A DNA stretch of 64,000 nucleotides from Prorocentrum cordatum. Its lineage: Eukaryota. The notes beneath the pieces are model-generated. The model did not search any database and had not been told where the DNA came from. It was given only the letters and a program-made list of their open reading frames with translations. The translations under genes were made by a program, and so were the position numbers. Shown one piece after another: positions 36,901-53,720 of this stretch. The first letter of the stretch is position 1; each line of letters opens with the position of its first letter. The DNA lies in contig CAUYUJ010000157.1 in assembly GCA_963575745.1 (NCBI GenBank), forward strand, positions 1 through 64,000, given 5' to 3'.

Positions 36901-39000
36901 CCGACAGGGCCCCCGACCCCAACGGCCGCATGGCGGGAGGGAGCGGGCCCTGCTGCGGTCCACCGCGGGGGGGGGGGGGCCGCGAAGAGGCGGGCGCCCG
37001 CCCATCGATTCTGGGCGGCGGGTGGTCCTGCGCGGGAAGGCGCGGGCAGCAGCAGCGCGGGCCCTCGGCTGTGGGAGAAGAAGCCTCCGGCCAGGGCGGA
37101 GGGATGCCGTGCCACGGGGGGGCCGCGGGGCGTCCACCTGCGGAGGGCGGTGGCGCTGAGCTGGAGGTGCGGGTGGGGGGAGAGGCCAGGGGGGAAGAAA
37201 TGAGAAGGACGGGTCTGTCGGACGGGGGGGGGCGGAGGGGGGGCCAGGAAGAGGGGGGGGGAGGCGAAACACGTGTTCCACGAGGGCAATCACATCGGCA
37301 TGCTGTTGGCTCGCAGGCGCGCGGGCCGTTCGCCTCCGGAGCCGAGCGAGAAGAGAGCGCGATGTGCAGAGCCGCGGCCCCAGTCGAGAGGGGGCGAGGG
37401 CCGATGTTGCACACATGCGGACTCGAGTGGATGCCAAACGTAAAAGGGCACCAGCCACGAGGGGGGGGAGAGGGGAGGGGGAGGAGGAGGAGGAGGAGGA
37501 GGAGGAGGAGGAGGAGGAGGAAGAGAATCGAGGCGAGGGGGACTGACAATGGCGCAACGTGTGCATCCCAACATCATGGTCCAACCGACAAATCATTATA
37601 ATAGGGCATCACATCACAACAGTCGTAAGAACAGCGCACACCACGCAAAAAACAAGTTGAAGCCCAGACGGTCATGCGGCTGATAGAACAACTGCCCACA
37701 TTTCTATCTCACACGAGGCGGAAGCAAGAAGGGGAGGGGAAGAGCAGAAGCAGGACGAAACCACGGGACAAGCAAGAAAGGGCAATACAAGCAAGTGCTG
37801 AAACAGGTGCAAGCAGTCACCAATATGTGTTGCAAGCTAGATGCATGAGGGACGGCAGCGCCCCGTAACATCGGGGGACCGAATCCGTGCGGCGAGAAGG
37901 CGAACCCCAGGCGACGAGAGCGGCCCGTGGGGTCGGCCAACCGCGTCTGTGAGTTGAGCCCACACGCGCTGCCCGTGCACAGAATCAGCGGAGAGGCGGG
38001 GGACGGAGGAGGAGGAGGGGGGGAGCGGGTGAGGCGCCAGTGCGGACCGCGAGCCGAACTGCCAGCAACTCCGCCCCGGGCCAGACTACAGTCAAAACGT
38101 ATAGCAAGGACGCGAGGTAGGGACGCAAGACCCTTGGAGGCCGAAGTTGGGATTTTTTGGGCGGCGGGCGACCAGTGATAACGGCAAGGGACGGGCCACA
38201 GAGGCAAGGACGCAAGGGTACCCTGGATGAAGGCGCGCGTCCTTACTGGGCGCGCTGACTGCACTCAGTCACGGCCCCAGGGGCGTCGGTGCAAGCGAAC
38301 GTGTCCCCACTTGTAAAATCCTGCTTGCCAGCGCGCAGGCCTGGAGCGTCGGCCGCGCATCTGCAGCACGGCGAGGCGCGCGGCGGCCGCGGAGGTGCCA
38401 CTGAGCACAGCACACCCCCAGCGGCGCGGACGCAGCACGAGCCAACGCACCGAGGGGGAGAGGGGAGGCGAAGGGGAGGACCGGAGACCAACGAGAAAAC
38501 GCACCGAGGGTGCGAGAGGAGGCGAGGGGAGGCAGGGCTGGAAGCCACGGTGCCATCCGGGGGGGAAGGTGTGGGGGGGGGCGAGAGACCATGCATAGGT
38601 CACCCAACTCCGCACACCGCGGCCCGTGATGCGCCATGCGCGGCCACCTCCGCGCCGTGGCGCCGCGCCGCCCCGGGGAGGGGCGCTTCTCCGGCACGGG
38701 CCGCGACGTGCGAAGCGCGGTGTTGCGTCTTCGCGCCCCCGAGGGCGGCTCGGCACGCCGACGGCGTGCTTCGCTGCGCGCGGACCTCCAGGGAGAGGTC
38801 TGCGCCACTCCTCCAGGACCGGCCTTTCGCCCCGGATCGTGTTCTCTCACGGCTCCGCAGCCCGGCGACGGCCCCCCAGAAGGCCGACGACCGTCCCGAA
38901 GATCCCGCCGCTCTTGGCGCGTGCCGAGAGGCAACGGGACCCCGAAGGCGACCGAGACTGGGAGGAACGAGCCGGGAGGGTGGGGCCCGGCGTGCTTTGG

Positions 39001-39146
39001 CAGGGCTGAAGCCAAACGGTGTTTTCCGTTTTCGTGTTGTGTTCGTTTTCCCTCGCTTTTGTCTCGAAGCCGCCTTCACCGCAAAACGAGGTCGAAACGA
39101 AAACGGCCCACGAAATCGCCAAAAACTCCGTTTGGGTCCAGCCCTG
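39001..39146. mobile_element. hAT-type MITE
   Basis: TIR CAGGGCTG.A.CCAAACGG; perfect 8-bp TSD TGCTTTGG. Confidence 0.9.
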
Positions 39147-39740
39147 TGCTTTGGGACGGCGGCTGCAGCAGGGGCGGATGGCCCACGGGAGGCACTGCGT
39201 GCGTCCAGCACAGAGGGCTCCGAGCGCCCATGCCTTCGACGAGGCCCCCCGGAGAGGGCGCGTACCTGGTTGGTGCACCGACGCGTAAGCGGTCCCAAAA
39301 CGGTGCGGTGACACACCGTGCGGTGACCTCGGAGCCCCGAAGGACCGCACCGCACGGCAGGTCGCCGCACGAGCTCGGGACCCTGGAGGCTCCAGCCGCC
39401 CGAGGCTGTCCCCCGAGAGGACGACCGCAGGCCGAAGACCTTGCCGCCACCCCGAAGCCCCCCCACTGGCTCGGCACGCGATGTGGTCAACGAGGCGATG
39501 GGGGGCCGACTCCTGCCTCCGCCGATCGGATGGGGCGGGGTCCCGGAGCTCGCTGCCCCTCGCCAGCGAGCAGCCTCGCCACGTGTCCTAGCGCGCTAGA
39601 ATGACTCGGTGCATCTCCTCCTTCTCCTCCTCCTCCTCCTCCTGCTCCTTCTCCTCCTCCTCCTCCTCCTGCTCCTCCTCCTCCTCCTCCTCCTCCTCCT
39701 CCTCCTCCTCCTCCTCCTCCTCCTCCTTCTCCTCCTCCTC

Positions 39741-39772
<32 letters not shown>

Positions 39773-39841
39773 TCCTCCTCCTCCTCCTCCTCCTCCTCCT
39801 CCTCCTCCTCCTCCTCTGCCGCGGGGCGCGGGGCGCGCGGC

Positions 39842-39922
39842 CTCGTTGACGGCGGTGCTGTTGTGCTGCTGCACGGTCTTCAGGAAGGGCAGGATCAGCG
39901 GCAGCTGCCCGGCCTTCTTGAC
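39842..39922 (-). CDS. CLTC: Clathrin heavy chain exon VKKAGQLPLILPFLKTVQQHNSTAVNE
   Basis: 81 nt, acceptor ccag|, donor GAG|GC. Matches [22 protein letters not shown]. Confidence 0.93.
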
Positions 39923-40257
39923 CTGGCGACCAGGTCCGCGGGAATGGTGCGCTCGGGGGAGTGGGCCAGCTGGAGTGGGGCGGAGGGCGAGCCAGCAAGG
40001 GGCAGGAGGCGAGGGAAGGGGGGGGAAAGAGAGAGAGGGGAAAAAAAGGGGGGAACGAGGATGAAGATGCGGAGGAAGAAGGGGGAGGAGGGAGGAGAAA
40101 TGAGGAGGGGGAATGAGAATGAGAAGGAGGGCAGAGCAGCATATATGTAAGAAGGATAAGGATTTGTATACGTCTAATGGAAAGGCGAAGTGCCTAACAA
40201 GTAGTGGCAGCAGAACCGACACTAGTGAGGGTACAGATAACTGGTAATAGTCGCAGT

Positions 40258-44450
<4,193 letters not shown>

Positions 44451-44689
44451 GTCATAGTGGTGGTGGTTGAAGGGTATTGTTAATGTAAGAGTTGTGGTAG
44501 TGGTAGTTATGGTGGGACGGTGGTAATGGTAGTGGTGGTGGTAGTGGTGGTGGCGAAGGTAATCGTATTCGTAATAGTGTAGTCGTAGCAGCTGTATGAA
44601 TGTAATAGTAGTTCCAATCGTAGTGGTGTAGTTGTAGCAGCAGCACTGGGAACAAATGTAGACTGGTAGTAGCAATGCGACAAGGCAGC

Positions 44690-46980
44690 AAACGGCCTCG
44701 CAGACTGGTAGGTCCCAGGAAAACACCCACAGTGGGGACGTAGGAATCCTGATGGATCCTTGCGAATCGTTCGGAGGGCTCACGGACCAACACCCAGACC
44801 AGGCAGGGCTTCAGCAATCCTGAAGAATCCTTGGAAGTCTTCACGGATCTTGAGGAATCCGGAAGAACCCGTAAGAATCCGCAAGACTCCTGAAGAATAT
44901 TTGAGGGGCTCGCGGACAAGCACCCAGACCGGGATTGAGGAATCCTTGGGCATACTTCGGAAGAGTTCTGAACAAGCGTTAAGAATCCATGGGCGACTTA
45001 CCTCATAGACTAACACCCAAGCCGGGACCTCAGGAAACCAGAAAACATGTTTTTGGGAAGCCTTGAGAAACACTTGGAGGAATCCTTAGGACTCCTCAAG
45101 ACAGCGGCGGGGTCCTTAGTAATCCGAAGGAATCCTCGGAGGACTCGTGAAAAACCATTGGGATTCCGTGGAATGCCCACGGACCAGCACCCAGACCGGA
45201 GCCCCAGCATTCAGTCAAACTCCTGGGGGTTCACCAGGGATCCCGAGGAACTCTCCGCGATCTCCAAGAATCCTTAGGAAACCACCGGACCCCCGAGGAA
45301 TCACGAAGAATCCCGGCGAATCCTCAGGAGGGCTCATGGACAAGCACCCTGGCTAGGGCTTCAGCAATCCTAGGTTTCCTTAGAAATCCTCAGGAATCCA
45401 CAGCCTTCCTGAGGAAGCCTTGGGAATCCTTGGAAAGTTTTACAAATTCCACCCAGGCTGGGGCACCAGGAATCCGAATGAATCCTTCGGAATGCTTCGG
45501 AAGCCCTGACGAATCTTGAGGAATCCTGACGATCCTTTGGGACCTGGATAAATCGGACGGAAAACTCACAGACCAGCATCCAGACAGGGCATCAGTATTC
45601 CTCAGGAATCCTGACGAATCCTGCGCAACCCGAAGGAATCGTCAATATTCCTTGGGAATCTTCACGAGGGCGGCTCACAGACCAGCACCCGGGGCCTCAG
45701 CAATCCTTAAAAATCCGAAGGAATTCTTGCGAATCCTTTGGAATCCGCGAGAATCCTTGGGTATCATCAGGATGGCCCACAAAACAGCAAACACGCCGGG
45801 GCCTCAGCCTTCAGCAATCCGAAAGGAATCTTGAGGAATCCCCAGGACTCTTATTTTGGACAATCCATAAGAATTTGCTGGAGTCTTGAAAAACCCAAGG
45901 AGTCTTTAATCCTTCTTAGGAGGCACTTGGAACGGTGAAGGGAAGCCTACGGAATCCGCAAGAAACTAAAAAAAATAGGAATCCGGAGGAATCGGGAAGA
46001 ATCACTGGGAATCCTTGAGGATCCGATGGGATCCTGCGAAATCCTAGGGGATGCCTCAGGTAACTCGTGAGGACTCATTCGGAATCCGTGGGCGCTCGAA
46101 TCAGCACCCAAACCGGAGCTTTAGAATTCTTCAGAAATCCGGAGGAATCGTCGGAAATCCCAAGGAACCCTCAAACCGGAAGAATCCTTAGGAGTCCGCA
46201 AGACTCCGGAGGAATCATGAAGAATGCGTAGGAGTGCTCACGGACCAGCACCCAGACCGGGGCCTCAGCAATCCTTACGAAGTCCTCAGGAACCCTGCTT
46301 GATCTCAGCGATGCTGAGGAGCCTTTAGGAATGTTACAGAATCCGCCCAGACTGCGGTGTCAGGATACCTAGAAGAATCCTCAGGAACGCTGTAGACACC
46401 TGACGAATACGGCGAAATCCTTACGAATGCTGGGGAATGCTAAGAACCCTTAGGGATCACAATAAATCCTTCGGAAAACTCACGGGCCAGCACCCAGATC
46501 GGGGCCCCAGCATTCATGTGGAAACTTTAGGAATCCGAAGGGATCCTTGGAAACCCTCCAACAATCCACAAGGATTCGGAGGAATCCAAAGGATCCGGGC
46601 TGATGCACCTAGACCGGGGCGACAGCATTCCTTTGGAATCTTCAGGAATCCAACAGAATCCTTGGGAATCCCAAGGAATCCCTGGGAATCCTTAGGAGGC
46701 CTGCAGACCAGCACCCAAACCGGGGCCTCAGCAAATCCGCGCAAACCATTCGGAACTGTTGGGAACCATTCGGAGGAGTCCTTCGGAATCCTGAAGGGTC
46801 CTTACGAATCCTTTGGAATGCTTAGGAATTCTTGGGAGGGCTCACTGACAAACGCCAAGACGAGGCCTCAGCAATCCTCTGGACCCCTTGGGAATCCTTG
46901 GAAATCGTTCGGAATCCTGAAACATAGCTGCAAATCCGGAGGAAACCTTCGAAGTCCTCCGGAATCCTGAAGGACCCGAA
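44690..46980. repeat. Degenerate satellite of GGAATCCT-like subunits punctuated by GACCAGCACCCAGACCGGGGCCTCAGCAATCCT
   Basis: More than a dozen recurrences of the punctuating motif at about 100-200 bp spacing. Confidence 0.85.
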
Positions 46981-47201
46981 CAACCTCTGAACTGTTCATG
47001 AGAGGCCTATGATAGGCGTATGGAAGATGATGAAAGGCTTATGGCTCTAGGTAGCCTCCGAGAGGCTTCCAGAACGATTATGGCAATAATCGTGGTAGTA
47101 CTAGTCGTAAAGTAGTAATACTAGTAGTGGTAGTAGTAGTAGTTGTAGTTGTAGCAGTAGAAAGATTAGCAGCAGCAGTAGTCGTAGTAGTAGTCGTAAC
47201 C

Positions 47202-47578
<377 letters not shown>

Positions 47579-47597
47579 GTGTAGTAGTAGTAGTAGT

Positions 47598-47721
<124 letters not shown>

Positions 47722-47729
47722 TAGTAGTT

Positions 47730-47867
<138 letters not shown>

Positions 47868-47868
47868 T

Positions 47869-47959
<91 letters not shown>

Positions 47960-47990
47960 TGGTAGTGGTAGTCGTAATAATAGTAATAGA

Positions 47991-49016
47991 AAAATCCGCC
48001 GGCCCCCTTGTGGGGCCACCAGGCTGTAGGCACGTGATTCGCAGTTTCCTGTACCAGTCGTAGGTTGTAGTTTCCAGTGTTACAGTTCTGCTTCTTGCTG
48101 GTTACTGTAACTAGTTGACTTCTTGCTGGTTACTGTAACTAGTTGATTGACCGCGCGACGGGGGGGGAGACCCAAACCAGATTTTTACCCTACCTGGGCG
48201 TGTTGTCTGAATTGCTGGGGGGGCTCGAAATCGACACCCCTCACGCAGATCCGCGGGGTCAGGGTCCAAAAACACAGGGATTTGCCACATTTCTGAAATT
48301 CTGTGCCACCCCTCACGCAGATCCGCGGGGTCAGGGTCCAAAAACACAGGGATTTGCCACATTTCTGAAATTCGGTGCCACCCCTCACGCAGATCCGCGG
48401 GGTCAGGGTCCAAAAACACAAGGGATTTGCAACATTTCTGAAATTCGATGCCACCCCTCACGCAGATCCGCGGGGTCAGGGTCCAAAAACACAGGGATTT
48501 GCCACATTTCTGAAATTCGGTGCCACCCCTCACGCAGATCCGCGGGGTCAGGGTCCAAAAACACAGGGGATTTGCCACATTTCTGAAATTCGGTGCCACC
48601 CCTCACGCAGATCCGCGGGGTCAGGGTCCAAAAACACATGGGATTTGCTACATTTCTGAAATTCGGTGCCACCCCTCACGCAGATCCGCGGGGTCAGGGT
48701 CCAAAAACACAGGGGATTTGCCACATTTCTGAAATTCGGTGACGCACATCCATCGCAAGGCGTGGTAACCCAAACTGCGAGAACTCCCTCGGCCCTTTAA
48801 TCGCAAGGTGTGTGTAACCAAGCCCGTAAACCATACACGTCTTACCAATCGCCAGGTGTGGTAACCCCTCTTGTGATCAGTTGGTTTTGCTGATTGCGAA
48901 TCGGCTTCGCATGAAGTTTCGATACTGCTTCACGACAGCGCCAAGGCCTCATGACTTAGCTCTTCCATTGCCCATTCTCCGAGAGAGGGGGCCGGCGGCA
49001 GGGGGCGAAGCCCTTA
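47991..49016 (+). mobile_element. Helentron/HINE-like non-autonomous rolling-circle element
   Basis: 13-bp subterminal IR CCGCCGGCCCCCT (47996-48008 and 48986-48998), 3' hairpin GGGC-GAA-GCCC (49003-49013), internal tandem arrays, no TSD visible. Confidence 0.6.
48236..48740. repeat. Minisatellite, 7 x 72-73 bp, near-identical units
   Basis: Unit ACCCCTCACGCAGATCCGCGGGGTCAGGGTCCAAAAACACAGGGATTTGCCACATTTCTGAAATTCGGTGCC. Confidence 0.95.
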
Positions 49017-49097
49017 CGGATGGTAGTAGTAGTAGTAGTAGTAGTAGTAGCAGTAGTAGTAGTAGTAGTAGTAGTAGCAGTAGTAGTAGTAGTAGTC

Positions 49098-49151
<54 letters not shown>

Positions 49152-49196
49152 TTGGTAGTAGTAGTAGTAGTAGTAGTAGCAGTAGTAGTAGTAGCG

Positions 49197-49227
<31 letters not shown>

Positions 49228-49344
49228 CAGTAGCAGTAGTAGTAGTAGTAGTGAGTAGTAGTAGTAGTGTTACGTAGTAGAGTAGTGGTGTGGTGGGGTA
49301 GTGTAGAGTCGTATCGTAGTAGTAAAAGTCTAGTAGTAGTAGTC

Positions 49345-49403
<59 letters not shown>

Positions 49404-49454
49404 TCGTAGTAGTAGTAGTAGTAGTAGTAGTAGTTAGTAGTCGTGTAGTAGAGT

Positions 49455-49485
<31 letters not shown>

Positions 49486-49658
49486 TAGTAGTAGTCGTAG
49501 TAGTAGTAGGAGTAGTAGTAGTAGTAGTAGTGGTAGTAGTAGTTAGTAGTAGTAGTAGTAGTAGTAGTAGTACTAGTAGTTAGTACTAGTTAGTAGTAGT
49601 AGTTGTAAGTAGTAGTAGTAGGAGTAGTCGTTCGCGTCGTCGTCGGCGTCGTCGTTCG

Positions 49659-49690
<32 letters not shown>

Positions 49691-52193
49691 GTCGTCGTCG
49701 TCGTCGGCGTCGTCGTCGTAGTACGAGTAGAAGCCGTACAAGTAAGAGTAAAAGAAAGAGTGGGCCTATTTACCGCAGCCCGCGGCCGCCTTGGCGGACA
49801 GCCCGACGGTCACAACGGACGCCACCCTCATGCGCTCCGCAGCCCCCTGTGGAAGGTCGGACGGGGCAGCCGACCCCCCCCGCGGCCTGCCAGCCGCGCG
49901 GCCCGGAGGAGGCACCTGGCCCGCCCGCACTGATGGAGCGCGCGACATGTCTGAGAGTGGCCAGAGAGCGGCCACCCCTCCTGGGGTGAAGCGCTCGCCG
50001 ACCCCACACCTGGCTGGTCATGGACACCGTCGTGACCGCAATCGACGTGCAGAAAGAAAAGGCCGGGCAGACAGAGGAGAGGAGGAGGAGGAGGAGGAGG
50101 AGCAGGAAGAGGAGGAGGAGGAGGAGGAGGAGGAGGAGGAGGAGGAGGAGGAGGAGGAGTAGGAGGAGGAGGAGGAGGAGGAGGAGGAGGGTAGGGGGGG
50201 CCCCCGCTGGCGGAGCCAGAAGAGCGAGACGCGCCGCGGCGGAGGCGGCCAACGGAGCGCGGAGCGAGGGCGGGGGGACAGCGGCGGGAGAAAGGCTCCG
50301 CAGCTAGAACAAAACCCTCGAAATCCAAGAAACCCAGGGCACCCTGGAGGCAGGCGGGGCGTTTCCTGGCATGGGCCCCCACTTTTTTTTGGAGGGGGCC
50401 CAGAAGCGCGTGGAGCAGGACGCTGTTTGGCACACCTCCGCGGAGCGGCGGCACCGCGGCGGGAGGCCCCTCCCCGGAAAGAGGATGAGGAGGAGAAGAA
50501 GAAGAAGAAGAAGAAGGAGAATAATAAGGAGAAGGAGAAGGAGGAGGAGGAGGAGGAGGAGGAGGAGGAGGAGGAGGAGGTAGGAAGAAGGGCAACCATT
50601 AAGGAGGAAAGAGGATAAGGAGGAGGGGGAGGCGGGTGGAGTGAGAGGGAGGAGGAGGAGGAGGAGGCGGAGGAGGAGGAGGAGGAGGAGGGGGGCGGCT
50701 GCTGCTCCAGCGGGGCCTCGCCACCCGCGTCAGGGTTGCGCCGGCCGCGCGGCGCGGGGAGGGAGACGGGAAGATTGGGGGTGGATTGGCGAGGGCGAGC
50801 CGCCTGCTCCTCCTCCTCCTCCTCCTCCTCCCTTGTCCTCGTCCTCCTCCTCCTCCTCCTCCCTTGTCTCGTCCTCATCTCCTACCTCCCTCCGACCCCC
50901 TTTGCTGATCCTCTCTCACCATCCGCCCCCTTCTATTCCTCTCCTGCCCTCTTTCCTCTTCCTCCTCTTCCTCCTCCCCCTCCTCCTTCTCCTCCTCCTC
51001 CTTCTCCTCCTCGTGCTCTTCCGCCCCAGTCTTCCTCCTCCTCTTCCTCTTGCTCGCTCGCTTCCCGCCTCAGAGCCCCAGAGTCCCCCGCGGTGTCGCG
51101 GAGGAGGGTTCAGAAGCGCTCGCTCATAAGAAGAGTAGGATGGGCACCTCCTCCTCCTCCTCCTCCTCCTGTTCCTCCTCCTTCAGTTCTTCTCCTCGTC
51201 ATCATTCTGTGTACTCTACCCCCCTCACCCCCGTCCCCGATAACAACTCCAGTACCATTCAAGAGTATCCAGAACCTACCTTGAAAAACAAACACGTCCG
51301 TGAATCTCCAACCATATCCAATACGATGAGGAACGTTTGCGACACGCAGTACCCTTCAAGCGAATAGCGTGTCACTCTGTTCCGCGGGACGGCAGGCTGG
51401 GAAACGCCCGGGAAATTGACGCTTGGGAATGGGGGCGTGGATATCGTGTCGCGCCGAAGCGTGGTGGGCAAGAACTGGCGGCGCGACACGTTAAGCCACA
51501 ATTCCTGAAACATTAAACCTAACAACCTCACGGGCTACTCCTCCTCCTCCTCCTCCTCCTCCTCCTCCTCGTCCTCTCTCGGGCTAGTTGCTCGCCCACG
51601 CGGGAACGCGCGCTGAGGAGGAGGCGGAGGAGGAGCAGAAGAAGGAAGAGGAGGAGGAGGAGGAGGAGGATGAGGAGGAGGAGGAGGATGAGGATGCGGA
51701 GGAGGAGGAGGATGAGGAGGAGAGACGCAAACAGGGAGGAAGGTAGAAAGGGAGGTAAGAAGATGATGATGACGATGATGAGGAGGAACAGGAGGACGAG
51801 GAGGGGGAGGAGGAGGAGGAGGAGGGAGCAGCAGCTGGGGGGGGGAGGGAGAGGGGCGAGGCTCGGGGAGGAGGGAGGTAGGAAGGAGGGACATATCGGG
51901 AGGAATGGATGGAGGGAGGGAGAAAGGAGCACGAGACGAGGGATGATGAGGATGAGGGGGAGGAGGAGGAGGAGGAGGAGGAGGAGGAGGAGAGGAGGAG
52001 GAGGAGGAGGCGGAGGAGGAGGAGGAGGGCGGATAGGAGGAAACAACGACGGAAGCAGAAGAAGAAGGATGGAGGAGAGGAGGAGGGGGAGGAGGAGGAG
52101 GAGGAGGAGGAGGGAGTGCACTGGAATGGAGGGAAGGGCAAGGAAGGATAAGGTGGCGGACACCAACGCACACGCCGCGGCAGCCCGAAGCGC

Positions 52194-52281
52194 CTGCTGC
52201 ACGACCCTGGCGTGGTCCACCTTGGCTGTGATGGTGTTGAGGAGCGCGTTGAGCTGCATCGGGTTCTCCTCGAGGTAGAAC
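52194..52281 (-). CDS. CLTC: Clathrin heavy chain exon FYLEENPMQLNALLNTITAKVDHARVVQQ
   Basis: 88 nt, acceptor cgag|G, donor CAG|GC. Matches [27 protein letters not shown]. Confidence 0.93.
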
Positions 52282-52832
52282 CTCGCTGCGAGGAGAGGGA
52301 GGATGAGGAAGAGGAGGGGGGGGGAGCGGGCGCACGGGCAGCAGGAGCAGGCGGAGGAAACAGGAGGAGGAGGATGAGGAGGAGGAGGAGGAAACGGAGG
52401 AGGAGGATGCTCCTAATACTACGAATGCTAAGAAGAAGAACAACACAACGAATAACCAAACGAATAATAAGACGAACACGTAAAGGGGAACAGGAGGGTG
52501 GAGGAGGAGGGAGGGGGAGGGAGGAGGCGGAGAGGGAGGATGAGGAAGCGGAGGAGGAGGAAGAGGACGAGGACGAGGACGAGAAGAAGGAGGAGGAGGA
52601 AGAGGAGGAGGGGGGAGGAGGATAGGAAAGAGACGGGGCGACGAGAATGGTGAAGGAGGGAGGAAGAGGAGGAGGAGGAGGAGGAGAAGGCAGGAGGAGG
52701 AGGGGGGGGGAGGAGAGGGAGGAGGAGGTGGAGGAGGGAGCAAGAGGAGGCGGAGGGAGGAGGAGGAGGAGGAGGAGGAGGAGGAGGAGGAGGAGGCTGA
52801 GGAAGAGGATCAGGATGATGATGATGATGATC

Positions 52833-52895
<63 letters not shown>

Positions 52896-53069
52896 CTGCT
52901 GATGATGATGATGATGATGATGATGTTGCTGCTGATGATGATTATGATGATGATTATGATGCTGATGATGCTGATGCTGCTGATGGTGATGATGACGATG
53001 CTGATGCTGATGGTGATGATGATGCTGAGGAGGAGGAGGATGACGAGGAGGAAGATGATGAGGAGATAG

Positions 53070-53720
53070 GGAGGAGCGCACGTAGCTATTGAGATGATTC
53101 ACCAGCCCCTCACTCGACAACGGCGGCATCATCGGCGGACGGACAGGGCGTGGGGCTCCTGGCACTCCGTCGCGCACGTGGTGAGCTTGCATCGGGCATT
53201 AATTGAGCGGCATGCTTCATGCGAGCTGAAAGCGGGTAGAATCCTGAGAGGTGCGGGAGTTGTTGCGGCCCTGGCATGTATGCATGGTAGGTGTGGCTAG
53301 AGAGGGCAGTGAGAAAAGTTGGCTCTCTCGAGCGATAGGGAATCGGATTCGCAATCCACGTTATAAGCATTGCCAGAACCGATCCCGAGACGGATAATAG
53401 GGTCCGAAGGGAAACTGGAGCGGGGCAAGGCGATGAGGGGAACGAGTCGAGGACACACGAGGTAGTGGGGCACGGGGTCAGGGGCACGAACCTCGATTCC
53501 GAGGCGTGCGTGCGCGCATCCAAATTCTGCCTGGGTCAAGCCTACTCGAGGCTCCAAGACAACGGACACGCTTGGCGGACGCCTGACGTGATGTGGAAGA
53601 GTGGCTCGGTCTTCTCGCCAATGCGTGCGTGGCCGACCGTATCATGGGCAAGCGCAGCCAGTAGATGGGTATATGCAGGAGGGGAGGAAGCCCACGGCGG
53701 CCGATCACGTGCCTGAGACA
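53070..53720 (-). mobile_element. Decayed LINE reverse transcriptase fragment
   Basis: LFHITSGVRQACPLS corresponds to the non-LTR RT motif GVRQGCPLS; frameshifted downstream. Confidence 0.7.

Noticed and set aside
39001..39146. Spliced-leader-like CCGTTTGGCTTCAG / CCGTTTGGGTCCAG
   Set aside because: These are the two TIRs of a hAT MITE with an 8-bp TSD and are not upstream of a gene.
48236..48740. CRISPR-like array
   Set aside because: Units are near-identical over the full 72-73 bp with no unique spacers and no cas genes; it is a minisatellite.
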